Positions 24,631 through 39,108 of a stretch of DNA of 64,000 bases are shown here, one piece after another. Both the position numbers and the translations under genes were made by a program. Origin of the DNA: Tubiluchus corallicola (lineage: Eukaryota; Animalia; Priapulida). The number at the start of each line of letters is the position of its first letter. Position 1 is the stretch's first letter. Where the stretch lies: the NCBI GenBank assembly GCA_030141605.1, contig JAQGDQ010000790.1:1-64000 (forward strand), written 5' to 3'. Below the pieces are notes generated by a model. That model was not told the DNA's origin. It made no database searches and saw only the letters and a program-made list of their open reading frames with translations.

Positions 24631-25599
24631 TTAACACAATTACATGCAGTACATATAAATATTCAATGATGTATCTACAAAAATGGTTATTGTAACCAAA
24701 TACAATAATAGAGAACTTGGAAAAGAAAGAAAACATTGTACAAAAAGAAGTATCACATAGGTAGGAGTTTTACGGTACCATTAAACACAGAAAGAAACAA
24801 CTGCAAGAGTAAATTCCAGGGAAAACTCCAAACTTCTTGAATGTTTGATCTATGGACATAATTATCAACAACTGTACTGGAAATCTTGCACTAGCACTAG
24901 TAGTTGTTGGCTTTGGCCACCTTGTGGTGATTTTTGGCGTAATCACGTGATCAATTTGATCTGGGTCAGAGGCCTACTGTGAAGTGAAGACGTGTCATGA
25001 TACGTTAATAAGATATTGTCGTTATCTGTTTACAATTGCTCACAATTTGGGGCTAATAACGTATGTATATCCTCTAATTACTTTAAAAAACTTAAATTTA
25101 GTTTAAAATAACAGCTAGGTATTAATTAATACGACAGTGCAGTGTATGACTCTTAATTATGTAAAATTGACTTTTGGCTATTATTATTTTTTGTTATTTT
25201 GGCACTAATTTTTTATGTTTAGATGGGATGATATGTTTTGGCAAATAAAGAGCAAAGAAAGAGCAAAATTTAATCGAGCTTCGAATTTGGTGTTTGAAAG
25301 CCCAAACAACAACTATGAAATACTAAAGTAAGTACAGAGCTTAAAGATTGTAAATAAAACACAGCTGACACAAAGGCAATTAATTCATCAACAAAAATGA
25401 TGCTTTAAGAGTTTCAGCATTTGGTTTTATCACCTATAATAAGTAAGTAATTCACTGTCATTATAGCATAATACATACAATGAAATTTATGTGGTTTTAT
25501 GTACTGCAGCAACTTATGGAAACAACAAGAAGATTAACACAAATAATTCAATCAGTTGTACAGTGATTTTGAGAATTAATATTGGAGATTTACTGACAT

Positions 25600-25950
25600 T
25601 TACTATTGATGGTGGGAATTGCAAGAGGATAGAAAGAATTTACAGTTTTTGTTGTTTCAGCATTAATTGAGCAGAATCTACGACCAGAGGGGACATTTCA
25701 AAGGACATTTATTACCTGCATGAAATTCATCTTTCATGATAACTTGCGCTCTCTTTGCGGCCCTAGTTTCGTACAAATATGCCACAGATTGCTGTTGAAT
25801 TCCTATAATTTTTGAGGCAGATTTAACAGCATAGTAATCTCCCTGCATGGTAGCGCCATACCCAACAGTGAGGGATGTTGTTAAGATGCTCTCAATTACT
25901 ACACAATAAAAACTCTCCATCATAGCAGGGGCAATGTTAAATGCTGTCTT
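25600..25950 (-). mobile_element. LINE relic (Rex/Babar-like post-RT C-terminal region)
   Basis: FYCVVIESILTTSLTVGYG...VKSASKIIG...LYETRAAKRAQVIMKDEFH resembles the FYxxxIESxLT...WYG...SAxKIIG...DxxHP pattern. Confidence 0.7.
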
Positions 25951-26174
25951 TAAAGTACCGTTTGTTTGGGAGTTCTGTCTTGGAGAAAATTAGCAAATAC
26001 AATGCTTCACAGAAAGGTAACACTTCTACGGGAGACAGAGACAGGTATGTATAAACACAAAGAAAAACATACAGACGATTCTGACATAAACAATTCACTT
26101 GTCATACAACCACAAATCACAACATCGAGATTTAGGCGCTTCCAGAAGGTCATAAAATATCTAACAGACATTAC

Positions 26175-26214
26175 CTTGGCACTGTCGTCAAATCCTGTCT
26201 CTTCATCCAGCTCA
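26175..26214 (-). CDS. Calpain exon 11 (linker)
   Basis: ttgtag|(N)ELDEETGFDDSAK|gtaatg; 40 nt, phase 2 to 0 as required by its neighbours. Confidence 0.88.
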
Positions 26215-26709
26215 CTACAAATAACAAATACATCTTAACCATTCAGCAAGCAAAAATAGCCGAATGGTCACAGTGTTAGCGAAGTGGTAAAGTTAAGCAA
26301 TGTTGCACCGGATTAATAAATGGGAGGGTGAAGGGTGGGAAAACTGCTTTTCTTGTGGATTTGCTGCTATAATGACTAAGTAATTTCCCTCGATGAAAGG
26401 GGATGCACAAGGATTGTGCAGAAGTCAGCAGGAGCCTCTTAGAGACGTTAAAGATGTGCAACATCTTTAAAGAGAAATATAACAAAAAATAGCTTAACTA
26501 AACACTATAAGTCTGATTAGTCACCAACCATTTACTGACCAGACTTAATAACGTTTAACTTCGACCACTAAACATGCGTCGCCAGGACCGCTTAGCTGTC
26601 CCTCTCAACCAAATATTTGATGCAAGCTGCTTGCTTTTTTTTGCACAAACTGCACGCATGTGAAAGTGGAAAACTGAACTTTGTCACTTTCATTTTGCTC
26701 TTCACTTAC

Positions 26710-26930
26710 TTTGAATCGCTTTCCTTCTCGGAGAAGATTCTCACGACAAACTCGCCGATTTCGTTCGGATCAAACGTGGACGGGACGACGATGTAGTTCC
26801 CCGGCGGCAGCTTGAAGCGGCTACTGATCTCCCGGATGTTGATGAACGTGGGCGAACGTGCCACGGATGCGTTGTACTTGAAGAAATCCACGCCCAGCGG
26901 GTCGCTCTGCTGCGCCTGCTCTTCCTTCAA
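26710..26930 (-). CDS. Calpain exon 10 (C2-like/CBSW domain)
   Basis: aacag|LKEEQ...FINIREISSRFKLPPGNYIVVPSTFDPNEIGEFVVRIFSEK|gtaagt; 221 nt. Confidence 0.96.
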
Positions 26931-27092
26931 CTGTTTAAAGAAGAGAAAGAAGATGAGGAAACAGAAAGAAGAAGGACGGGCTTTCAAAATGCAGTGAAGT
27001 TTTCAGTGAGTAAGAAGTTTGCTGGTTCAATTCCATTGATACCAGAATTTCCAAACAAATATTTCAACTCTGATAGATAGAACTATACTGAC

Positions 27093-27256
27093 CCTATAGA
27101 GAGAGTAGCCGATGGTCAACAGGTCCTCGCCCTCCTTGCGCTTCTGCCTGCGTCCCTTCTGCAATACAGCAATGATTGCCGTACACATGTCATCGTCGTC
27201 ATCATCGTCCGGATCCACTAGATCCACGCGGAATTGTGGATTCGTCCAGAACGTCT
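27093..27256 (-). CDS. Calpain exon 9 (C2-like/CBSW domain, acidic loop)
   Basis: ttatag|ETFWTNPQFRVDLVDPDDDDDDD...LLTIGYSLYR|gtcagt; 164 nt. Confidence 0.96.
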
Positions 27257-27384
27257 CTATAATAAACAAAAAAGGTGTTTAAAGTACGAGTTTTTGAATG
27301 CTTTCAATTTTTCACAACAGATGGCACTGGGATTGTGTAAAGTGTCAGTAATGAAATAGAAAATCTACAGGTAAAAGAACAAAC

Positions 27385-27545
27385 CTAAGAAATTTCTGCA
27401 GCCACCTGCTGTGCAACCCCGTACCCAGGATCCCTCGTGGACGGTCATCTCCCATTTCTTACCGGTCTCATCGTCCAGCGCATCTGGACCCAAGTTGCAA
27501 ATCTCAAGCTTCATGAAGTTTGTTATGAAATCTTTGTACGACATC
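27385..27545 (-). CDS. Calpain exon 8
   Basis: ttcag|MSYKDFITNFMKLEICNL...GSWVRGCTAGGCRNFL|gtttgt; 161 nt. Confidence 0.96.
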
Positions 27546-28149
27546 CTGAAAAAAACACTTACGCATGTCAACTATGTAGTACGTTTATAGTATGTAGTAT
27601 ATGGTATGTAGTATGTAGTATGTAGTACCCCAAATTTGATCACATTCACCAAGTATAGACCTATGACGATCAGAGGAATTTTTCCCAGGGCCTCTTCTCT
27701 ATGAAACTGTATCATTCAAATGCACCGTTCAGTGTTGACACACTGTCAGTTTTTGTTGTCCGACTTTTGTCATCCATAAGAAATGCAAAAGAGTAACTTA
27801 TTTTGTACGTCGTGCATTTGAAAATCATGGATATCGTAAAAAATCATATCAGTCGATAAGAAAATTAAGTTTCACTGATAATTTTGCTTTTTGCTTAGCA
27901 GTTATAGGACTTTAGTCATCAGTGTGTCAGAACTGCTAGAAAAATTACATGCTTTTGAGGTTTGTTTGGCATCTCAATCGCGGCAGATGCTTAACTGAGC
28001 CCACGTTGTTATTTGATCAGGTTATCAGTTTTACAGCTTGTTTTTTCCCTTTCCTTGTTTATTTCTTCTTTCTCTGAGTTACTCGCTGCTGAGTTACTCG
28101 AATTTTTGCCAAAAAGTTAACAAGTAAAGGACAGTTCACACAGACTGAC

Positions 28150-28227
28150 CAGAATTCTCCGTCGTCGTCGAACGTCAATCCCATTTTCTTCTTCTCATCG
28201 GCTGAGATGAGTTGCCATTCTCTTGAC
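28150..28227 (-). CDS. Calpain exon 7
   Basis: gacag|SREWQLISADEKKKMGLTFDDDGEFW|gtcagt; 78 nt. Confidence 0.96.
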
Positions 28228-29737
28228 CTGTCAAGAAACAACAAACAATAAGCCATTTCCACAGTGATTGATGATGATTGTGAAAAGGTCAAAGGTTAAA
28301 TGTACCAGGCAACGCATTTGTGTACACTTGACAACGCCTAGCAGCTCATGCTATTGTAATATTTTACAACTCTCTTCGTGTTTTCCAATTGCTGTTTTGT
28401 TTTTATTTATGAATTAGCATTAGAATTGGTAATTATGTTTATTATAATTGTACTCACTGTTTTTCATTGTGTATGTGTGTAAATTTTTGTTAGTATGTAT
28501 CAAAGTATGTTCGTTATCTTTCATTATGTAGGTATGTAGTGTTGGATTATAATTTGTAACTAGAGAAATTGCCAGACTCGCGCAAAGTGAGGTAACAATG
28601 TGCTTCATGTTTCAATTCTATTGTGCGTTGGTAAACAATGCGCGCCATGTTGCACAATGCGTACGATTGTACAGCCACAATGCCTCAATGCCCCCACGAG
28701 GTTTAAGAATGCATTGTTATATTAGGTCTGTAAAGGAACGTATTGTTGGGAACACCATCATGTTTACAGGCCTGTTCTATGAACCCACTTACTCTATAGG
28801 CCTTTTCACAGTTCCACTGATTGATGATGATCATGAAAAGGTCAAAGGTTAACTGTACCAAACAATGCATTTGTGTACACATGACAACGCTTCGCAGCCC
28901 ATGCTGTTGTAAGTGTAACAGTTAGAACCTTACCTAGTTAATTTTTTCTTGTTCCCAAGCAAGATCCTGCTAGTAAATCATTCTACGCACAGACTTATGT
29001 ATAATTAAGTAAAGTCCACGTAAAACAACTGAAGTTACCGAACTGATGCAGCAGGAAAGGCTTATTAATCATAAAAAATGCAAATATTTCTTATCGCACA
29101 AGATTTTCACAGAATTTAGTTACAAAACTTCGAATATTCAGCAATTAATTATAAACATGATCATAGATGGCAGGACCGTCTATGCAATCTTTGCTGATGT
29201 GTAGCAGGGGGTGTAGCCAGATTCTAGAGTTGGGGGGAAGTACATAAAAAAGGTGCCGTGACACATACCAAAACAGTTTTTAACACATTGATTATACATT
29301 TTAAGTTTGCACTTAAAGTCGAAACACGAAGACGATACAGTTTTGGAAGGAAGTACGTGATTGTTATTTTGTATTTGAAATTAAAACGCAGTAAAAAGTT
29401 TTACAGTGAGCTCAGAAATGTCAAAACATGATAAAAACACAAGGTGTTATTTAATTATTTTAATTTAAAATGTAAAAAGAATCTACTTTGATTGCACAAG
29501 TGAATTAAATAGTTAAAAATGATTGAAAAGGGGCCAAGTTTGAAAAATGGTTCCTCCCACTGATCCTCTACTAACTAGGCTACTGCTGGTGCCATCTACT
29601 AACACAAAATGCAATGAACTTAAAGAATTTTAAAATTTGGCTTGCGTTGACAGAGACTGTGCCTGATGACGAATCAAACTTACATTAATTAGCGAAAATA
29701 TTTCATCTTTAAAATTAGCAAGGAAGCCATTACTTAC

Positions 29738-29838
29738 TGATCTCCCCATGCACCCTTCCACTCGGCTTCGTTACCCCAAGGGTTTCGAACTCTCACCAGC
29801 TGCATCTTCCCAGACATCCTGGCAGTCTGAATATCTGG
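29738..29838 (-). CDS. Calpain exon 6 (catalytic Asn)
   Basis: ttgcag|PDIQTARMSGKMQLVRVRNPWGNEAEWKGAWGD|gtaagt; 101 nt. Confidence 0.95.
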
Positions 29839-30856
29839 CTGCAAATATAGCGAATTCATCAAGTCGCATCAAACATGCGGAATATGTGTAGCCAGCAATT
29901 GCAACATTAACATGCGTTAGAGGAAAATCGGATGATTGTGTAAACGTTAGTTCAGAATAACGAATGCTCCAAATTATTGAAAACTACAATAGCTTTTTTT
30001 AAATCAAAGCTTAGATTAAACAATAATTACCTCGGATAGTCAATTGTGTTAAACTTTCAAAGCTATGCACGATTAGCAATGGCCCTTTTTTGTCACATTT
30101 GCGTGGCCGACGAGTAGGCGCAGTACCATGATAAGCATGTTCATGAACTTTAGTGTTCATCTGTGACGTTAGTGTGACATAGAGCTCATTTTCGTGACAT
30201 CACTTCAACGTCTTATAGCAACCTTCCCTTACGCAAACGTGTTTGACGTGCAGGGAAGATGCCTAAACTGTGGTTAGTTTGTGACGTAAGCGATAGTTGT
30301 GTTCCATTGCCATTAGTTAACTTTCCAAGGCAATTATTTAAATATTAGAAACAAATGCTAACTTTTATAAGCAAATGTAAATTTTGGATTGCGAATTAAA
30401 GAGAGATTGAGTCTAATCAATTGTCCAGTTTTCCTTTAAACAGTGGGCTGATTCAAATTTAACTGAACGAAATTTTACTTAGAAAAAAATTTCGATATTT
30501 TACAAAATGCCCGAATAGGCAAGCAAGTCTGACTATTGATAACTTACGGTACAACAAGTTTTAGAGAAATTATAATCCTGCTTTTTCATACATCTTTAAC
30601 TTTACGACAGAATTTTTTTATTATTCACAAAAACTGTTATTTGATATTTGATTAAAAGCTCAGTTTGTCATTTTCACAGGCTGCGGTGTATTGTATGATA
30701 TTGATGAGCGACTGAATATTGTTTTCTTATGAACCCGTCTAACTCGTACCCTCACATAACTCGAACATATTTTCTGTTCTCGAGACGTCCGAGGTATACG
30801 TAGTTTACTGTATACAGATTAATATGGACCCCTATGCCCCTGATATGACCACTTAC

Positions 30857-30937
30857 TTCAGCCACTGATGTGACGCTGTACGCATGACCTCTGATCAATC
30901 CATTGGCCAGCTGGGCTTCCACTACTCTAGGATCAGC
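30857..30937 (-). CDS. Calpain exon 5 (catalytic His)
   Basis: tttcag|ADPRVVEAQLANGLIRGHAYSVTSVAE|gtaagt; 81 nt. Confidence 0.97.
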
Positions 30938-31069
30938 CTGAAATATACAAACTAATTAGTATCTTATTTTATAAGGGTTGTAAAAAGATGAACAGAGACA
31001 TTATTATTGACGCGTTTGCAGTTAAACGTTATCACAACAAACGTCATCTACAGCAATGACGGTGGCTAC

Positions 31070-31920
<851 letters not shown>

Positions 31921-32524
31921 TAAACTGAATGTATGTCATTACATAAGCAGACTGTCTGTTAGTCTGTTCTTCGACTAATAAGTGAAGTTAAAATGGTCTC
32001 TAGACATTTGTGAAACAGCTGCGAAAAACGAAAAATTTGCAATGATGCTATAGGTCCAATAAATAGATTTGGTTACAAGTTTATCCTAAGTACAGCGGAG
32101 GAGCCAAAGTATCAAGAGCATGGCTTTGAGATGCCAAACACTCTCTGGTGGTGAGATGGAGGATGACCAGTCACAAGATTTCTTGCCAGAGTGGACAATG
32201 GTTTCCCCTAAAAATAACTATGCTGTGTAATCTTAAGGGAAGCTTTCAAGTGTTTTCGGGGTGCTTGTTTTTGAATGCTCTGCCCTGGTCTTGGATCCGC
32301 CCCCAGGCTGCAGCTTTAATCCTAGGCATATGCTTTGGTGTTTACAGTGCAGCTGACACAGTACACAAGCAGCTAAAAAGTAAACAGCAATTCATGCTGT
32401 ACCTATGATGCTGAGCAACTGAAGTTCCTATTAGCAGAATCAACATGGTAACATAATTATGTCATTTGTTGAAGTTCTTTCTTTGATAAATATTGTTGCT
32501 TGGCTTGAAGGACATGAAGCTCAT

Positions 32525-33272
32525 TGACCAAGGGTGGTTTGACTGGCATGAAACTTAGTGATCCAGGGTGGTTTGATTGGCATGGAATTTAGTGATCAAG
32601 AGTGGTTTGACTGGCATGGAATTTAGTGACCAACAGTGGTTTGATTGGCATGGAATTTAGTGACCAACAGTGGTTTGATTGGCAGGGAATTTAGTGATCA
32701 AGAGTGGTAAGATTGGTATGAAAATTTAGTGATCAAGAGTGGTAGGATTAGCACGAAAATTTAGTGACTAAGAGTGGTTTGATTGGCATGGAATTTAATG
32801 ATCAAGAGTGGTAGGATTGGCATGAAATTCAGGGACCAACAGTGGTTTGATTGGCATGGAATTTAGTGATCAAGAGTGGTAGGATTGGCATGAAAATTTA
32901 GTGATCAACAGTGGTAGGATTAGCACGAAAATGTAGTGACCAAGAGTGGTTTGATAGGCATGGAATTCAGGGACAAACAGCGGTTTGATTGGCATAAAAA
33001 TTTAGTGACAAAGAGTGGCTTAATTGGTATGAAATTCAGGGACCAAGAGTGGTATGATTGGCATGAAATTTAGTGATCAAGGGTGATTTGATTGGCATGG
33101 AATTCAGGGACCAACAGTGGTTTGATTGGCACGAAAATTTAGTGACCAAGAGTGGTTTTAATTGGTATGAAATTCAGGGACCAAGAGTGGTTTGATTGGC
33201 ATGAAATTCAGGAATTGAGTGTGGTTTAATTGGCATGAAATTTAGTGATCAAGGGTGGTTTGATTGGCATGA
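32525..33272. repeat. 34-35-bp minisatellite, about 22 copies
   Basis: Unit ATTTAGTGA(T/C)CAAGAGTGGTTTGATTGGCATGGA. Confidence 0.95.
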
Positions 33273-33320
33273 AGCTAACGACTAATTCTAACAGCAGCTT
33301 AACACACAACAAGTTGTTAC

Positions 33321-33489
33321 CTCAATGGAACAACCCATTAAAGAACCACGCTGAAGTGCTTTCTTCATGATGGCGAACAGCTTTGCTGGAGCCTCCTGGA
33401 GGTCAAACATTTCCGTCACTCCTCCGGTGAAATCTTCCATAGCCTCGCACGAGCTTCCACCTTTCAGCGACTCATAAGATCCATGCAGC
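33321..33489 (-). CDS. Calpain exon 4
   Basis: cacag|[11 protein letters not shown]...EAMEDFTGG...GSLMGCSIE|gtaaca; 169 nt. Confidence 0.97.
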
Positions 33490-33594
33490 CTGTGATAAAA
33501 CACAAAATAAAATGAGAGCAACGTGGCTAAAACTGGCCAGCAAATGGATCGAATCTTTTTCAATACCCACTGAAAAGTTTTTAAAATCATAGAG

Positions 33595-34075
33595 CAGGAG
33601 TGTGCAAATTGCGACCCGCCGAGAGAATTTGTGCGGCCCACGAAGAGATTTGTCAACCTAATGAAAGTGCGGCCCGGGCGATTAATTGAGTGTATCCAGC
33701 TGAAGTCCATGCCACGATCCCAAAGTTAGTGCGGGTAGTTTTTTCTACTAGATCGGATGGCATTACCCTTACAAGATGGTTGTAGCTTAATGTCACTGTA
33801 CTACATAGACTGTGTGATACACATTACTAATATGCATTGTAATGAAATTACCACTATCTGTCCTGAAAGTAGAAATATATGGTTTGTAATATAAATTTTA
33901 ATAACTTCTAAAATAGTTTCTTGAGTGTAGTAGTAATGATGTATGCAGGTCGGATGCAAAAAAATCGTTATTAGGCCTTTCTGTACTTGGCTCCTTGATC
34001 AAACTGCTTGTGGCCCGCAGGAATTGCGGGAAAGTTTAATGTGGCCCGGCTAGTCAGATAATTTGCACACCCCTG
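33595..34075. mobile_element. hAT (Charlie-like) MITE
   Basis: TIR CAGG(A/G)GTGTGCAAATT; subterminal GCGGCCC motifs; degenerate 8-bp TSD (5/8). Confidence 0.75.
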
Positions 34076-34115
34076 TCGTACAAGATTCCGAAGTTTTGCA
34101 GAACTAAGTACCTAC

Positions 34116-34371
34116 TTGGCATACGCTTTCTCCATCAGGGCCGTCCAGAATTCATTGTTCTCTGCAGAATGCATGTAAACAAGCTGCCCGTTGTAAGTTG
34201 GCAACAGATCGTCCACGACAACATCCACCCAGCAGCCATATTGCCAGAACTGGAAGTGGAACGCGCCGCAGTAGTCGCCATCGCGGAAGCTCTGGTCATT
34301 TGGAACAATGTTGTGCAGCAGTTGTTCGTTCAGGGTGAGAGAAGCAATGGCTGCCAACAACCAACAATCAC
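34116..34371 (-). CDS. Calpain exon 3 (catalytic Cys)
   Basis: ttacag|[12 protein letters not shown]...[12 protein letters not shown]...[13 protein letters not shown]|gtaggt; 256 nt. Confidence 0.97.
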
Positions 34372-35365
34372 CTGTAAGAACAATGAACCATTAAGAAAGG
34401 CATCAAGGACAATGGCTTTCGGTTAAATTAGGAAATATTAATAATAATATAAATACACTTATAATCAATAATAAGCAAGCTCGTTCAACGGTGGGTGTAG
34501 AAGGCATATTTAGAATTTGCGAGAGGGCCACAGCGTCCCGTAACGGACGTTTTCCTGGACCCAACTCGTGATTTTTTTTCGAAATTTCGACCAAACAGCA
34601 TGCAGAAAAACGTTCTAGCGGCGCCAGGTGGGACTCTCGGAAGGAGATATAAAGCTCTTTAGAAAGAGGAAGAACAGGGCCACACGATGGTTTGGGCTAT
34701 ATTGTAGGACACGTCCACCAAGAGGAGCGCCGATGAGTTAATTAGATGTTCGATTTCTGGCAATTTTCGCTTGGAAAACTGCTGACGCAAAGTCATTGTT
34801 CTGACGTCATCCATTATACTCTGCTTATAACCTTATAACTTTAATTCAGTAAAAGATGCTACTGGCTTTGCATTATAAATGAGGACTATGTAGAATGTTT
34901 GTGCATTGTTGATTATAAGTGGATTTATACGCAAAATTTTTTGCGAGGCCTTTGTTAGTTAATAATAATGAAACAAATGTTATTTATGCTTAAAGGAGAA
35001 GAAACGGGATTTTTATCCTGAAATGCATCTCCAAAGGTATTTTCACACAAGATTATATTACTCTTTATATTACACTTTAGGGATGACAGACTAGATGACC
35101 TTTTGGTTTTTTGCCATCCCGCCCTTCTTTAATCTTTGTAAATCATTGTTATATACTATCTATGATTGTTATTTTGAAGGCAAAAAAATAAATAAATAAA
35201 TTATTGTTATTACTTGGTGTCACGCTTAACTGTTTGAAAGAATTATGTAACCAGAAAAGAAAATTCTTTGTAATTTAAAATATTCGCACCACCTGGTAAT
35301 ACAGCACCGCATCATCATCCCAGTGTGCACCAGTTGTGTAACACCAGTCATAATCCCAGTAATAT

Positions 35366-35641
35366 AACATAACAACAACAACAATAATAATCTTTATTTA
35401 AAGTCGGCTTTTGGGTCAACCATTAACATTAGCTCAAAGAGCTATTATCGCCGACTGTAAACAACAACCTACAACTACACAATTGAGACTATTATTACCC
35501 CACTTTTACCCTAAATACCACGCGTCAGACAGGGCAAAGCGGTACCATTTTTAAAGTCTTTGGTATGACCCGACCCCTGGTTCAAACTCAAGACCTCCCA
35601 GACGGAAAGCAGACGCATTCCCACTAGACTAAACCGTCTGG
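35366..35641 (-). mobile_element. tRNA-derived SINE
   Basis: A-box-like TAGTCTAGTGG, B-box-like GAGTTTGAACC, core GGTCATACCAAAGACTTTAAAAATGGTACC (resembles a Meta-type core, from memory), AATAAA plus (TTA/TTG)n tail. Confidence 0.7.
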
Positions 35642-36360
35642 TCTAAATAACCCACAACTTTCCTTAGTGAAGTTTTATGTAGCCAAACAAAATTAATTTA
35701 ACAAGCTTCGGACAAAACGAAAGCTTGATTACAGACAGAAGATGCACTTTCCTTAATACAAACTTTACCATTGTATGTAAGTAAGTAAGTAAGTAAAAAA
35801 ATTATTTGTCTCTGAATGTTACAAAATAAACATAAACAAAAGCTAGAAACTAAAATGAAGATGGAAAAGAGACGGGGTGGCGAAAAGACCAAGGGTCACC
35901 AAGTCAACCACCCTTATCCAAACTGAAGAAAATTAACTGACCTGTCAAGTGAGGTATGTACAAATGAAAATAATCAGCAACTTAACAAAACAAAAAAAAA
36001 TGAGGCAACAAGTTCAAATGAGTTTAAATTTAGAAACAGTAAATAAATTTGGCAATGAGAAGAGGCAAAATTTAAATTAGTAAACAAACCGGAAAATTTA
36101 AACTCATAAAAAAAACTAATAGTTAAGAACTTAAGCAGAGTCTATTACATTGTCACAAAATCATTTTGTCAACAAAATCAACAACTTTTAACCACATAAC
36201 AGATATGAAAATGAAGATATACTATAAACTGCTGGGTGAACAAAATGCAAGAAGAAATTTTGAAGTTTGGTGACCGAGTTATGTTAAGAGCAATTCCGTA
36301 CTGCCTTTTCTTATGAGTCACTGACCAAACAAAAGAGGAAAAATGAAAAGGCATCTGTAC

Positions 36361-36430
36361 CGAGTTCTCCTTGCTTAACGTCGAACCTGCTGGCACCTTC
36401 CACGAACAACTTCGGATTGCTAACAATTTC
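36361..36430 (-). CDS. Calpain exon 2
   Basis: tttttcag|EIVSNPKLFVEGASRFDVKQGEL-G|gtacag; 70 nt, phase 0 to 1. Confidence 0.95.
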
Positions 36431-37536
36431 CTGAAAAAAAAACCAGCAAAGAACAAATTAATCCACCTGATAAATTCCAACAGGTGCGCAGAACGCATGG
36501 TTGGGACTAAATCCGCCAGGGGGCAGCACAAGGCGTTTCTCATCATCCAGTTTGAATAGATTAAAATGATACGTGCTTTGAAAAGATATTTTTAAACTGG
36601 AGGCTATTTATAATCAAAGGCCAATTTTAGGTTAACAATTATTTAGTGATTTATTTTACCTAGGGGGCATCATACAATTAAAAACTGATAAAATATGTCT
36701 ATTTATTTATCTGCCTGTCTGTACCTGTCTTGACTGTCTCCAAGTCAGACAGCTAATTTCCATGTAAACTTTGTAGGTCTTTTTATTCTTTTCAAACACA
36801 CGAATCACAGCTTATTTTAGGTTAATTAAGCTGAAGTACGTAGGAAAATCAGCGCCAATGAATGCTTTGATGCTTAGTTGGTAGTTAAGCAGCAGAGAGT
36901 TGATCAGTAAGCAGGAGGATGACTGCCAGAAAAACCATCTTTAAGGAATTTGAGGAAGGATGAGTACTGTGGTTTAAATGCATTTCTCAGCTTAGAGGAT
37001 AAAATTATTCTTGATAATTCATAGTGGTGTTCTGGACTCATAATTGAAATACTTTAACCACTGGTTCAACAACTGGAACTTGAAGTTTTTACAGCAGTAG
37101 CTTACATACTTATAATAGATACACATAAAAGAATAAAATGATACTTTATAGTCCAAGTCAGTTTGTACAGTCATTCGCAGCCATATTGACAGAAACAATT
37201 TCAGGTTTTAATAAAAGTTGTTTCTTTCAATAATGAAATTTTTTTAGTAATTTCCATGATGTTTTATTAGTAAGATGTATTTGATCATCACGGAAAGTGC
37301 ATTAAAACATTCAACAAATTACTATTATTATACATACAAGTAAGCATTATAGTGCATTGTAATACAAGTAAGTGGTACATTGACAGATAATCACATAATT
37401 CATATTCGTAACTATTTAAAATTTTTTTTCACTCTTTAAGGCTCACTCAAAGTCGTAATTACATATTATGTTTTCCTTTCTCAACTTTCAGGTTTATTGC
37501 TCTTATATCATTGCTATTATTACATGATTCACTAAT

Positions 37537-37803
37537 TTTACTTCATCCTTACTTACATTAAGTTATCTACAGAAGAATGCATAATTATAATCATTTTTTC
37601 ATTTAACTAAAGTGAGTGTGTTAATGACTGTATGGTCGTACACTCACCTCGCACTACTCAAATTATTACATCATTTACTTCATCCTTATTTACATTAAGT
37701 TATCTACAGAAGCATGCATAACTATAATCATTATTTCATTTAAGTAAGGTGAGTGTGTTAATGACCGTATGGTTGTACACTCACCTCGCACTACTCAAAT
37801 TAT
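37537..37803. repeat. Direct tandem duplication of about 135 bp
   Basis: TTTACTTCATCCTTA...CTACTCAAATTATT occurs twice. Confidence 0.85.
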
Positions 37804-39108
37804 TTTATTTAAAGTTTATTAATGTGTTTGATATTGTATTTTTTGATGTGCGAAATTCATAGTTCATAGTATTATTATCCGGCCCTAGGTATACTTACTG
37901 TACACCACACTAAACAGAGCTGGAACGAGAGATATACGGTAAGTATGTTATTATTTTCGTTCATAGTAACTTCCTGTGTTCCCTAGTCAGCCATTATAGG
38001 CTTTGGAATGTAATTTATTGGATCGCAGAATAATAGTGTCAGCTATTATTAGCCATATCAGTGTCAGAGTGAATTGTCAACAAAACAGAGTGACGTGCAA
38101 TTTTCAAAGCAATAAGCGGTGCATTGCTGCATGGCGATTACGGTGGCACATCGTTATCAATGTCATTAAATCATCCTCCCCCCCCCCCCACCTGCTAAAT
38201 GCAAGAATGGTTTGTAAAGAAGAAAAAACTGACTACCTTTACACAAACAGTGGAATATCTAAGTGCTATCACTGAGGCTTGTAAGTTACTTCTACTTTTG
38301 TGCTGGTACTGAGTTCGAATACCAGGTGAATCGGATTTTTCATATCAGTTCACATGTAAAGCTTTTAAAGAACTTGCCGAATTTCAAATGTTAGATCAAG
38401 GTTCAAGACTGTTCATTTCACTTATTCCCATTGTTTTTTATTAACTCTTTCTGAAAGCTAAGTCAGTACTGGTATTAATTGTTTTTAGTTGATAGGATAT
38501 ATGCTTCTCGTGCGTGGACGCTTAGGCCTAAACAACAAGATCTGTTTGTTCGAATTTCACACGTAACATAGTAACTCATGCACGCGGTTTAATCTACGGC
38601 AATATAATCGAAATTAAATCCCTAATGAAAAATGGTAGCTAGCATTCACACGTACAGCATCGGCACAGAGTCGTCTTGAGTTGGAAGAACTTGAATAAGG
38701 TTCTCACATTGAGATTTCAACAAAATGCAGTTTAGTAGCGATGACGGTTCAAATTATTAATGCACAAAAAATTACCAATTTTACTAGATTTAACAAATCG
38801 GAATAACTGCAGTACATTTTCCTTCAGCTTGATTGGTAGTGTATGGAACACAGGGTCGCGTGTTCAAACCACAATTACATTATTATTTTTTCTGCCTTTT
38901 CTGACTTTTCTCGCCGAAAACACTTTTGGATCTTTAACACAGTTTAGGCAGTTAACAATAACATAATGATAACTACTAGTAATGGAAAATTTTAATGCAT
39001 TTTATCTATGACATACCTGCGACTGTGTTCATTGAAACTCGAAAGTGCACAGAGTAAACAATGTTTAAAACTAAAGCAAAAAGACAGAAAAGACAGAGTC
39101 AACCATTA

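Noticed and set aside
25958-26040. Linker microexons after exon 11
   Set aside because: Candidate lengths (16 or 20 nt) break the frame or read into a stop.
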